64,000 nucleotides of DNA, taken from Gemmataceae bacterium. Its GTDB lineage: Bacteria > Planctomycetota > Planctomycetia > Gemmatales > HRBIN36. Positions 35,958 to 45,700 of this stretch are shown here, piece by piece. The position numbers were made by a program, and so were the translations under genes. The stretch lies in assembly GCA_040289265.1 (NCBI GenBank), contig PSKW01000001.1, forward strand, positions 656,359 through 720,358, given 5' to 3'. The notes beneath the pieces were generated by a model that was given only the letters and a program-made list of their open reading frames with translations, was not told the DNA's origin and did not search any database. Each line of letters starts with the position of its first letter. Position 1 is the stretch's first letter.

Positions 35958-38900
35958 ATGAAAGCGATCGCGCAATGGCTGGCAGTCGTGGCAATTTTGT
36001 GGGCCGCCACGCGCGCGGTGTATGCACAGTCCGGCACGAGGGAGCTGTTCGCAAGCCGCTCGATGAGCCATTTTCAACGCTGGCAGGTCTGGGATACGCT
36101 GCCTGACTTGCCGGGTCTGAGACGTCGCTGCGATCTGCGGCGCTATCGCAACGAGCCTGTGTGCACCATCGAGGACTATTCGCTCAGTCACGACCCCCGC
36201 TTTGTTTCTCCGGAATTTGCCATCCCGCCACGGCAGTGGATGAGAATAACGGCGGTGGTGTCTGCAGATATACCGCTTCACCCTTTCACTTTGGGCTTTG
36301 TATATCGGGCCCGCGGGATGAATCAGGTAACGGCATCGCTGCAGCTGCCGCTCACGGTGGTCGCCACGGACCGCTGGCGCAGTGCCACGCTGTTAGTGCC
36401 GCCCGCAGAATTGGCGGCACAAGAGGAGAGCGTTCCTAAAGGCACCGCCTTCACACATGGACGCCTGGAAGTGCGCCCCATCCTCTACGGAAGTTATTTC
36501 GGGGGCTGCCAGCGCTGGCATATCCAAACCGGGCGCATTCATATCGCCTCGGTGGCCGTGGAAGCATTACCGGAACGGTGGCAGCCGGCGGGAGAGACGC
36601 GCAGCGACTGGTTCGAATTCCCTACGGGTTTGCTGCCCCCCGGTGGAGAGCCAGCCGTGTCCTTTGCCTTTCTGCACCACAGGCCGGCTGGCAAATTGGG
36701 GCATGTTCGGTTACATGCCGATGGGTACCTTGTGTTTGCGGACGGCACGCCCGTGCGTTTTTGGGGAGTTGGCTGGCATGAAAACTATCCGCGCTCACGC
36801 TTCACCGACTGTCCACTGGAAGAGCACGAACGCATTGCACGGACTTTCGGCGCACTAGGCATCAACTTTGTACGCTGGCACGGGCTTTTGCGCGGATTGC
36901 GCGATGCCAAAGTGCGCGATCGTTTCCAATTGGCAAGGCCCGAGGTTTGGGACCGGGCGGACCGTCTGCTGGCGACCCTGGCGCAACAAGGGGTCTACTT
37001 TCAGGCCACCCTCTGGGGATTCGACGAGCCGCTGCGGGTCGCCCGCGAAAACCTGCCGCCGGAGATCGCCTCGGACCAAGCGTGGCTAGAGCGGTACGCA
37101 ACTTATCGCGCCTACCACCAGCGCAAGTGGGCCATTTTCTGCTTACCGATGCGCCAGGAAAGTTCGCTGTGGCACCGCATCCTGGGGTGGGACGAGCAGA
37201 TCATGGCCCATGTCAATCCTTATCGGCGAGCGCGCTATGCTGATGACCCAGCTTGTGCCATCGTTCAGCCGATCAACGAAGTCAGCATGTTGGCACACTC
37301 GCCGAACGATGGATACCTTTTGGGCGAAGGCAGTTTGCCCGCAGGCGTGCGCGACGCGTTACAAGCCGAATGGAATCGCTGGTTGTACCAACGTTTCGGC
37401 ACGCGCGACCAATTGCTCAGCCAATTTCCCCAATTAGCGCGTGAATGGCAGGCGGCAGCTGTCGAGCGCGCCGATCCTCGGCAGGGCACGGTGCCGCTAC
37501 CGCCCGGACCACGGCATACACTGCGCCGCCAATTCGGCAGCGAGGAGTTGTGGTGGCATCGCTTGTTCATGGAATTCAGCACCGACTACGAACGTCAGCT
37601 TTATGATGCCTTTAGGCAACGCATGCGCGCTGCGGGGTACCGCGGCGCCTTGGGAGGCGATGCGGGGGGTGTTTGGCGTGGACAACTGGTCACGCATGCC
37701 CAGCTGGACATAGCGTACGATCGCCACCACCCGTATACCGATGGAGAAACGACTTCGGACGTGGCTTTCGCTCTCAATCGCCCGTATCCGTTGCAAAGCG
37801 TGGAAACGAACTTGTACGAAGTGTCCACAGTCGGCGCCGCGGGCAAAGCTACCATCGTCAGCGAATGGAGCGCGGGGACAGTCAACGAATGGCGTGCCAT
37901 GTTGCCGATCTTGACAGCAGTTTATGCGGCCATGCAGCAGGTCAGTGCCGTTGCCGAGCACACTTTCGGCTACCCAGGAGGGCGCCCCAGCGACCGTCAT
38001 GCAGTGGCCCCCGGCTTCGGCAATCTGCTCGGTGATCCTGCTCGGATCGGGCCCTATCCTGTGGCGGCCACACTGTTCACCATTCCGGAAGCCATCGCCG
38101 CACCTACCCTCAAGGTCTGCGAGTTGTTCACCGACGAAGACCTGTACGCACCCATACGCGGCTTACAAGGCGATGAATCTTCGGAGTTTCTAGGAAGCGA
38201 CTACCTGGCGCACGTCGCTAGGGTGCGCTGGGCACGATGGGACGGACGCAGCGCCAATGTGCCGGATGCTGACATGTACACGTTTCCCCTTACGACGGGT
38301 ATAGGGAACTTACGTGCTCTGCCGCCCGACAGAAAACTGCTCGTCATCGTTCCGCCCGAGGTACTGTATTCCGGCTGGCGTATCCAACAGCCCTACGAGC
38401 GAGTCCGGTCACTTTACCCTGGCTTGCGTTTTCGCACTGGGGAATTTCGCGTGTCGGTACGACTGGGCAAAGCCTGGGACGATCAGTTCGTCGTGGCTGG
38501 CCGACTGATAGAACTGGCGAGTCTACCTGCAGGTGCGACCGCCATCGGTGTGGATATACGACAACGAGTGTGCTGGGCTTTCTACGATCGCCGCAGTATC
38601 GTCATCGCCGATGCAGCTATTTTGCAACACTGCATCGCCCCCCTCATAGATGCTGCCCTGAAAAGCTGGGGACTGTTGCCACAAGGGCGCGGGCTGGTGG
38701 ATCGCGGGGAGATTGTGAGCGCCACGGGGCAACTTCGCCGGAATTGGCAACAGGGCTGGGTGGCCATTGACAGCGACTACGCCCAAGTGCTCATGGGCGA
38801 CCTGAGCCGTGCGCCTGCACTCCGTCATTTGGAGGTGTCGGCAAACAAAGCACAGTTCGGCATTGTCGCCTTGGTACCGCTCGAGCGCCGGCCTCTGAAA

Positions 38901-39245
38901 GAAGCGCGACGGTGGTTCTTAGTGGCTCTCGGCAAAGTAGCCAACCGCGACTACGAAGCAGTTTGCAACGAGCCCATGGGAATATTCCGCTGGAGTGGAG
39001 TGCGCCTGAAAACCGGTCAAGGGCCGCCTGTTTGCGAGCCGCTCTCAGCCACGGCGGTACTTAAGCAGCTGAAAGTGCAACGAGCCACGGTAACTGCGTT
39101 GAAAGCAAATTTGACCCCGCTTCACAGCGTTTCTGTCGGTGCCGTTGGTGAAGCAGTACATGTTCCTTTACACAACGCTAAAAGCATCTGGCTAACAATA
39201 GAACCAGCGGACCGCAGCCAGGCCGCAAGTTCTGGCCAGCAATGA
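35958..39245 (+). CDS. Large secreted protein, possibly with a TIM-barrel glycoside-hydrolase-like core
   Basis: I prefer the start MKAIAQWLAVVAILWAATRAVYAQ after GAGGTG. The region VRFWGVGWHENYP...RTFGALGINFVRWHGL resembles GH5/GH42-like barrels. The first 196 aa of the track ORF overlap the previous gene and are rejected. Confidence 0.55.
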   Translation: MKAIAQWLAVVAILWAATRAVYAQSGTRELFASRSMSHFQRWQVWDTLPDLPGLRRRCDLRRYRNEPVCTIEDYSLSHDPRFVSPEFAIPPRQWMRITAVVSADIPLHPFTLGFVYRARGMNQVTASLQLPLTVVATDRWRSATLLVPPAELAAQEESVPKGTAFTHGRLEVRPILYGSYFGGCQRWHIQTGRIHIASVAVEALPERWQPAGETRSDWFEFPTGLLPPGGEPAVSFAFLHHRPAGKLGHVRLHADGYLVFADGTPVRFWGVGWHENYPRSRFTDCPLEEHERIARTFGALGINFVRWHGLLRGLRDAKVRDRFQLARPEVWDRADRLLATLAQQGVYFQATLWGFDEPLRVARENLPPEIASDQAWLERYATYRAYHQRKWAIFCLPMRQESSLWHRILGWDEQIMAHVNPYRRARYADDPACAIVQPINEVSMLAHSPNDGYLLGEGSLPAGVRDALQAEWNRWLYQRFGTRDQLLSQFPQLAREWQAAAVERADPRQGTVPLPPGPRHTLRRQFGSEELWWHRLFMEFSTDYERQLYDAFRQRMRAAGYRGALGGDAGGVWRGQLVTHAQLDIAYDRHHPYTDGETTSDVAFALNRPYPLQSVETNLYEVSTVGAAGKATIVSEWSAGTVNEWRAMLPILTAVYAAMQQVSAVAEHTFGYPGGRPSDRHAVAPGFGNLLGDPARIGPYPVAATLFTIPEAIAAPTLKVCELFTDEDLYAPIRGLQGDESSEFLGSDYLAHVARVRWARWDGRSANVPDADMYTFPLTTGIGNLRALPPDRKLLVIVPPEVLYSGWRIQQPYERVRSLYPGLRFRTGEFRVSVRLGKAWDDQFVVAGRLIELASLPAGATAIGVDIRQRVCWAFYDRRSIVIADAAILQHCIAPLIDAALKSWGLLPQGRGLVDRGEIVSATGQLRRNWQQGWVAIDSDYAQVLMGDLSRAPALRHLEVSANKAQFGIVALVPLERRPLKEARRWFLVALGKVANRDYEAVCNEPMGIFRWSGVRLKTGQGPPVCEPLSATAVLKQLKVQRATVTALKANLTPLHSVSVGAVGEAVHVPLHNAKSIWLTIEPADRSQAASSGQQ

Positions 39246-39258
39246 GGTTAAGACCGAA

Positions 39259-39281
39259 GCCTTCCGAAAGGCGTTTTTTTT
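39259..39281 (+). terminator. Intrinsic terminator after the 35958-39245 gene
   Basis: GCCTT-ccga-AAGGC followed by GTTTTTTTT. Confidence 0.6.
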
Positions 39282-39536
39282 GACAAGAACGCAAGCATTG
39301 GGAGTGCCGATTGAAGCAACTGTCAGCATTGTTGACAAGACACCCAAGTTGTTGGCTTGGTGGAACTGTAAGATATTCAGGCGACACAAGGAACTTAAAA
39401 TGTATGGAGGGCCGCCTGCGATACGCGGGTGAAAGCCAGGCGATCCCTGGAAAGTCTGGTATTTCGGTCTTCGTCGGACCGCAAGCGATACATTAGTCGG
39501 GCCCAAAATACCGGTAAGTTGAAGACGCGAAAGCCC

Positions 39537-39623
39537 GGAGGGGTGGCAGAGTGGCCGATTGCACCGGTCTTGAAAACCGGAGTCGCCTCGCGGCGACCGT
39601 GGGTTCGAATCCCACCCCCTCCG
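39537..39623 (+). tRNA. tRNA-Ser(UGA): tRNA-Ser (anticodon UGA)
   Basis: The cloverleaf was read by eye:
- acceptor stem GGAGGGG/CCCCTCC
- anticodon arm CCGGT-CTTGAAA-ACCGG
- long variable arm GTCGCC-tcgc-GGCGAC
- T arm GTGGG-TTCGAAT-CCCAC
- discriminator G
No CCA is encoded. Confidence 0.95.
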
Positions 39624-39844
39624 CTGGTTTTTAGCGCTCCGGGCAGCTCGGCGATCCTCTGCGCGCTCGGCGGTTCACTTTTTCACTGCGGAAAGGTAGC
39701 CACCTACCGCCTCTACCTGTGCGTGTCCAGACACAAGCGAACGCGCCCACAAGCAGATGCGGTTTCACAGGTTTGGGAATACCGGTTATGGGGCATCGTC
39801 GCGGCTCGATTTGACTGAGACCAAAACTGATTTACCTTTTTGGT

Positions 39845-40717
39845 ATGCAAGGGACGATCCGACTGAATTTGCCATGTGATGCAATAGAAGAACCGCCCGA
39901 CAGACAAACACCCTACACTAGCGACAGTCTGGCGGGGTTGGTCGAGCGGTATGGCGACGAAATTGCCCCCGAATGGCTCAAGCGCTTGCACCTAGAACGC
40001 CCGCGCAAAACCATCGCGTGCCTGTCCACGCGAACCAGGCTGGTAAAAAGGCTCTTCGACATCGTCACGGCACTGCTCCTGGCAGCACTGACCAGCCCCC
40101 TCATGATACTCGTGGCAGCACTGATCAAGCTCACGTCACCTGGACCGGTGATATACCGGCAAATCCGGGTCGGTCTGAATATGCGCGGCACACAACGCGA
40201 TCGCCGGCAAAAACGGGGCGGTCCACCTCCGGGGACGCACGAGCGGCGTCTGGGACGCGAGCGCCGACGGACGTTCAATTACGGGCGGCCGTTCGTCCTG
40301 TACAAGTTTCGGACGATGTATGTGGATGCGGAAAAACACGGCCTTAGGCTGGCCCAGGAGAACGATCCACGGGTCACGCCCTTGGGACGCTTGTTACGTC
40401 GTACTCGCTTGGACGAACTGCCTCAGTTGTGGAACGTATTGCGTGGCGATATGAGCATGGTCGGGCCGCGTCCGGAACGACCAGAATTCATCGCCAGGCT
40501 GTCCACAGAAATCCCAGACTATTTGCAGCGGCTCGGACTCAAACCTGGTCTGACCGGCTTGGCCCAGATCATCAACGGCTATGATTCGAACCTGGAAAGC
40601 ATTCGGCGCAAAGTAGCCCTCGATCTTCTTTACCTGCAGAATTGCTGCCTGATCAATGACCTCAAGATCCTTCTGCGCACAGTGGGCGTAGTCATCACTG
40701 GCAAGGGGGCGGTGTAG
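39845..40717 (+). CDS. Polyprenyl-phosphate sugar phosphotransferase (bacterial sugar transferase family, WbaP/EpsL-like)
   Basis: The diagnostic blocks are present: KRLFDIVTALLLAALTSPLMILVAALIKLTSPGPVIYRQ, KFRTM, DELPQLWNVLRGDMSMVGPRPERPEF, and PGLTGLAQI. Confidence 0.85.
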   Translation: MQGTIRLNLPCDAIEEPPDRQTPYTSDSLAGLVERYGDEIAPEWLKRLHLERPRKTIACLSTRTRLVKRLFDIVTALLLAALTSPLMILVAALIKLTSPGPVIYRQIRVGLNMRGTQRDRRQKRGGPPPGTHERRLGRERRRTFNYGRPFVLYKFRTMYVDAEKHGLRLAQENDPRVTPLGRLLRRTRLDELPQLWNVLRGDMSMVGPRPERPEFIARLSTEIPDYLQRLGLKPGLTGLAQIINGYDSNLESIRRKVALDLLYLQNCCLINDLKILLRTVGVVITGKGAV

Positions 40718-40887
40718 CCCCATTTGTGTAGCGGCGCGCCGACGGCACGAGAACTCGCTGCGCTCTGCCGCCCAACACTATTCATCTCACGATCTTTTTG
40801 TTAAACCAAATGCAACGCCGAACCGGGACCGTCCCCAAGCATAAAACTGCCACAGGGATAACGTCTAGCCGGCTACGAGGATCAATC

Positions 40888-42327
40888 ATGCTGTTACGTA
40901 GTCTGCGCGCGACAAGGACATTGGGTACTGCCATTCTGGTGGCGTCCGCCGTTTTTGCCGCGGGAGTGTCTGGCGCCGCGGAACGGCCTAACGTGCTTTT
41001 ATGCATAGCTGATGACTGGTCTTATCCGCACGCGAGCGCCTACGGGGACCGAGTGGTGCATACAAAGGTATTCGATCGAGTGGCACGTGAAGGCGCTTTG
41101 TTCACGCACTGCTTTTGTGCGGCGCCGTCCTGTTCTCCGTCGCGTGCGGCGTTGTTGACCGGTCAATGGCCGCACCGTCTAGAAGAAGGAGCCAATTTGT
41201 GGGGCTACTTACCGGTGCGTTTCGCCTGTTACCCAGAAATATTGGAGCAGCGCGGCTATCATGTGGGTTTTACGGGCAAGGGTTGGGGACCGGGAGATTT
41301 TCGCGCCGGCGGTCGTAAACGCAATCCCGCAGGCAACCTGTACAAAGATTTTGCCACGTTTTTGCAAAAGCGGCCAAAGGACCGGCCTTTTTGTTTTTGG
41401 TTCGGGAGTATAGATCCACACCGACCCTACGAAACGGGAGCCGGCGCACGAGCTGGACTGGACGCCAAGCACGTGCGGGTGCCGCGCTTTTTGCCCGATT
41501 TGCCCACAGTCAGACAAGATTTCCTCGACTATTACTTCGAGGTGCAACGCTTCGATCGGGACGTAGGCAAATTACTGGCGGAGCTGGAGCGTGTGGGATT
41601 GGGCGAAAATACCCTGGTAATCGTCACCAGCGACAATGGCATGCCGTTCCCACGAGCGAAGGCCAATCTATACGACGCTGGAACGCGGGTGCCTTTGGCG
41701 GTGCGCTGGCCAAGCCGGATCCGGTCCGGACAGGTAGTCGAGGCGCTCGTCAGTCATGTGGACTTGGCGCCGACTATCTTACAGGCCGCGTGTATAACGC
41801 CGCAGAACATGGACGGCGAGAGCCTGCTGCCCCACTTATCAGGCAACCCGGTCAGGCAGCGGGAGTACATCTTTACCGAGCGGGAAAGACACGCCAACGT
41901 ACGAGCGGGCAATGCCGGTTTCCCTGCGCGAGCAGTACGCTCGCGGGACTGGCTTTATATCCGCAATTTCCGACCGGATCGCTGGCCTGCCGGAGATCCT
42001 CGGCACTGGTATGCTGTTGGCCCCTTTGGGGATATAGACACAGGCCCGACCAAAGAGGCAGTGCTGAAAACAGAAGGAATGCCCGACCTGGGACGGTTTT
42101 TCGCACTTGCCTGCGGCAAAAGACCGCCCGAGGAGCTTTACGATCTCAAAAACGATCCGGATCAGATCGAAAACTTAGCCGGGCGTAGCAACTACGCGGC
42201 GAAACTGTCCGAACTGCGAAAAGTTTTGCATGACTGGATGAAACAAACCGGGGACCCACGCCTCGACGATGGCGACGACCGCTTCGACAAAATGCCCTAC
42301 TTCGGCCCGCCGACGAAGGAGCAGTGA
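40888..42327 (+). CDS. Sulfatase (formylglycine-dependent)
   Basis: A signal peptide is followed by NVLLCIADDW. The C-x-P-x-R signature is present (CSPSRAALLTGQWPHR). I prefer the start at 40888, after GAGGA. Confidence 0.9.
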   Translation: MLLRSLRATRTLGTAILVASAVFAAGVSGAAERPNVLLCIADDWSYPHASAYGDRVVHTKVFDRVAREGALFTHCFCAAPSCSPSRAALLTGQWPHRLEEGANLWGYLPVRFACYPEILEQRGYHVGFTGKGWGPGDFRAGGRKRNPAGNLYKDFATFLQKRPKDRPFCFWFGSIDPHRPYETGAGARAGLDAKHVRVPRFLPDLPTVRQDFLDYYFEVQRFDRDVGKLLAELERVGLGENTLVIVTSDNGMPFPRAKANLYDAGTRVPLAVRWPSRIRSGQVVEALVSHVDLAPTILQAACITPQNMDGESLLPHLSGNPVRQREYIFTERERHANVRAGNAGFPARAVRSRDWLYIRNFRPDRWPAGDPRHWYAVGPFGDIDTGPTKEAVLKTEGMPDLGRFFALACGKRPPEELYDLKNDPDQIENLAGRSNYAAKLSELRKVLHDWMKQTGDPRLDDGDDRFDKMPYFGPPTKEQ

Positions 42328-42499
42328 TTTCGAACATAATTCCACAGCGCCATTTGCTATCCGCCGCCTGGATTGTCTCACCAAAACACCAGACCCGTAA
42401 AAACGACACCCTGCGAAATCGTTAACAAACCTCAAAAGGGATCGTCCTGACTCATACCCGTAGGCGACACACGGCTACGGTCCAGGCAATAGGAACAAA

Positions 42500-42525
42500 A
42501 AACCATTTTGGGAAACCATTTTGGG
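42500..42525. repeat. Perfect tandem 13-mer AAACCATTTTGGG x2 upstream of gltB
   Basis: Read directly from the sequence. It lies about 190 nt upstream of the gltB ATG. Confidence 0.9.
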
Positions 42526-42549
42526 CACTGGACAAAGACCGATAAAAAA

Positions 42550-42563
42550 AGTGAACATTCACT
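42550..42563. repeat. Perfect palindrome AGTGAA-ca-TTCACT upstream of gltB
   Basis: Read directly from the sequence. It lies about 150 nt upstream of the gltB ATG. Confidence 0.9.
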
Positions 42564-42714
42564 TGCGCTCAAGCTGCGAAAATACTAGAAAGTTAAATTT
42601 GGGTACCCTGGTCAGGGACTGCCTCTCCCCAGCGACCGGCTCAATGCCGGCAGCTCCCCGGCCGACTTAGAGATCTGCTCGCCCGAAAAGGAGACAGATG
42701 GAGTACGTGGCAGT

Positions 42715-45700
42715 ATGCTCATAGATGGACGTAAGTACATAGAACAGAGTAACTTACTGTACACTGACACCGTCGGAAAAGACGCGTGCGGGATAGGCGG
42801 CCTAGCGTCGCGTAATGGCCAGCCCACGCACGAAGTCATCGTCAAAGCGCTGGCGGCGCTGACCCACATGGAGCACCGCGGTGGTATCTGCGGCGACAGT
42901 GGCGACGGCGCTGGACTACTCGCCCAACTTCCGCAGGGCTTTTTCCGCGAAGAGGCGCGCCGCCTGGGCTTGGAACGGTACTTTCGCTCCGACGACGTGC
43001 TGGCGGTGGGCGTTTTCTTTTTCCTCGATCAGGATCAAGCTGCTCAGGAAAAAGCGCGGGAGATTGCCTATCGGTTGCTCGGTGGGACGCCGGTGCGCAT
43101 CCTCGGCTGGCGCGAAGTGCCGACGCGTGACGACGTCCTTTCCGCCTATGCTAGGCGCATCAAACCCAGCATCGAGCAACTACTCCTGCTCTGTCAGGCG
43201 CCGCCGGATGAAGTGGAAAAGGCGCTTTATCTCGCTCGCTTGCAGCTGCGCTACGAGTATGCGCGTGCCGCTCTGCGCGTCTACATCCCGTCTTTGTCGT
43301 GCCGGGTGATCAATTACAAAGGTCTTTTGACCAGCCCGCAGCTGGGGGAGTTTTATCCCGACTTGCGCGACGCACGGTTCGAGTCGGGCGTGGCGCTTTT
43401 CCATCGTCGCTATAGCACCAACACCTATCCCGATTGGACGCTCGCGCAGCCTTTCCGTGTGCTCTGTCACAACGGGGAGATAAATACTATCCGCACCAAT
43501 CGGCATGCCGTCTTTGCCTACGCGCGCGGTCTGGAGCCCCCCTTGCCTGGGCGAGACCTGCTGACTCCGAAAGTGAGCGATTCGGCCAGTCTCGACGAAT
43601 GGATCGAGCACCTGATGTATTACAAGAACTGGAGCCTGCTGCGCGCGCTGCGTCTGACTGTTCCACCGGCTTGGGAAGGGGAACAAGAGCTTTATCGTCA
43701 GGAAGCGATCGACTTGTTCGTGTGGTGCCGTCGCGCATTTGGCAGTCTGTGTGCCTGGGACGGCCCGGCGGGCATCGTAGCCACCGACGGTCGCGTGTTG
43801 GCTGGATTGGTGGATCGCATGGGCCTGCGCCCCGTGCGCTGGTGCAGCGACACGCGCGGCTGGCTGTACATATCTAGCGAGTCGGGCGTTTTCGACCTCG
43901 ACAACGGCAAAATCGTGGCTAGCGGGCAGCTGCAGCCTGGTCAAATGATCGCGCTGGATACGAAAAACGGGCTGCGCTTGGATAGCTCCGCCATCCTGGA
44001 CCGCATCTTGGAAGAAGCGGCACCGGAGCAGAATACGTCGCTGCACGATGTCAACCGTAGCCAGATCATCGTGCCGGAATCGTTCGATTTCAGTCCGCAT
44101 CTCGACGACCAGGTGCAAAGTCTGCTCGGCGACAATGGCTGGACCTTGGATCATCTCCTCCAAGCGCACGGCTGGGACTTCGAGCGTGCACTGTTCGTCA
44201 AAGACATGGTCAAACTCAAAAAAGAGCCACTCAGCTCCATGGGTTTCGACCGTGTATTGACGATTTTTTCTCAGATGCACCCGACGCTGTTCAAATATTT
44301 GCAACAGACGTTCGCGGAGGTGACCAATCCGCCTATTGATCCCTACCGCGAAGGGGGCGCGATGTCGCTGACCACCTACCTGGGACGCTCCCCGGTCGTG
44401 TGCCGGCCGTCGGCCCAGACCAACGACACGCTGCCATGTCGGCAGATGGAGCTGTCCAGTCCGGTGCTCAGCGACGCCGTGATGGAGGAAATCCGGCGCC
44501 ACGAGGTACTGGGACTGAAATCCCTGTCCGCCGTCTTTCCCTTGCGCGGAGGCGTGCAAGCACTGCGCGAAAGTCTGCACCGATTGCGCAGTGAAGCCGA
44601 GCGCGCTATCCTGGACGGCTACAATCTGATCTGCCTCACCGACTTGGACGCGTTCCGCGACGGTCTGGTACCCATCCCTTCTTTGCTGGCGCTAGGCGCC
44701 GTGCATCAGTATCTCTGTCATCAGGGACTGCGGGAGCGCTGCAGTTTGATCGTCCAGGCCGGCGACGTCCAGGAAGGACACGATATCGCTTGCCTGGTCG
44801 CTTTCGGCGCCGACGCCGTGCACCCCTACCTGATGCTGCGCTTGATCCGTGACGGCCTGCATTTCAAAGATCCGGACAACAAGCAAGAAACCTATCTGAG
44901 TAGTCGCGAATGCCTGGAAAATTTGTTCACGGCTCTGGAAGACAGTCTGAAAAAGATCATCTCCAAGATGGGGATCACCACCATCGAAGGATACCGCGGC
45001 GCCATGCTCTTCGAAGCCGTCGGCTTCGGTCCCGAGCTGATGGAATTTTTGGGCGATTTTCCCTCGCGGATCGGTGGTATCGGCTTGGCCGATCTGGTCG
45101 AAGACGCCCAGTGGCGACTGCAACAGACCGAGAACATGCAGGTGCTGCCGCGCAATCGAGATTATCATGCTTTCAACGCCAAAGTTCGCATGGCCCTGCG
45201 CAAAGCGGCAACTTCGACGTGCGACGACGCCGGCGAACGCAAAGACGATGGGCACGAGCTCGGCAGCCTCGAGGAAGGGGCCGAAGTTGCCTACCGCAGC
45301 GGGGGAATACGCCCGCGCTACGGGGTCGCCGCCTTGACCCCCGAATACCTCGATTTTGCTCGACTGGTCGCCAACCGACAGCCGACTGTGCTGCGCGACC
45401 TGTTGCACCTCAAACCGGCGGCGCAGCCCGTCCCCCTTGCTGAGGTGCAACCGGCACTGGAGATCGTGCGTCAGCATTTCCGCGGCGCGGCCATGAGCCA
45501 CGGGGCGCTGACGCGCGTCGCGCACGAAACCATAGCCGCCGCCTTCAACGAGCTGGGCGGGTATTCCAACAGCGGCGAAGGAGGCGAAGCACGCAATCGC
45601 AACGACCTCCCCGAGCGTCCCTGGGGACCTTTTTGGGAAAAGGTGATCGCCGAGCGCAAGGCCAACCCGGCCTACTGGTGCCTGGACGATGACATCCGCC

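Noticed and set aside
39537-42327. tRNA-Ser as the attachment site of a genomic island carrying the sugar transferase and sulfatase
   Set aside because: There is no integrase. I saw no direct repeat of the tRNA 3' end downstream, and no compositional break.
42539-42545. CCGATAA upstream of gltB as a sigma28 -10 element
   Set aside because: There is no TAAA-like -35 at the proper spacing. There is also no biological rationale for FliA control of gltB.
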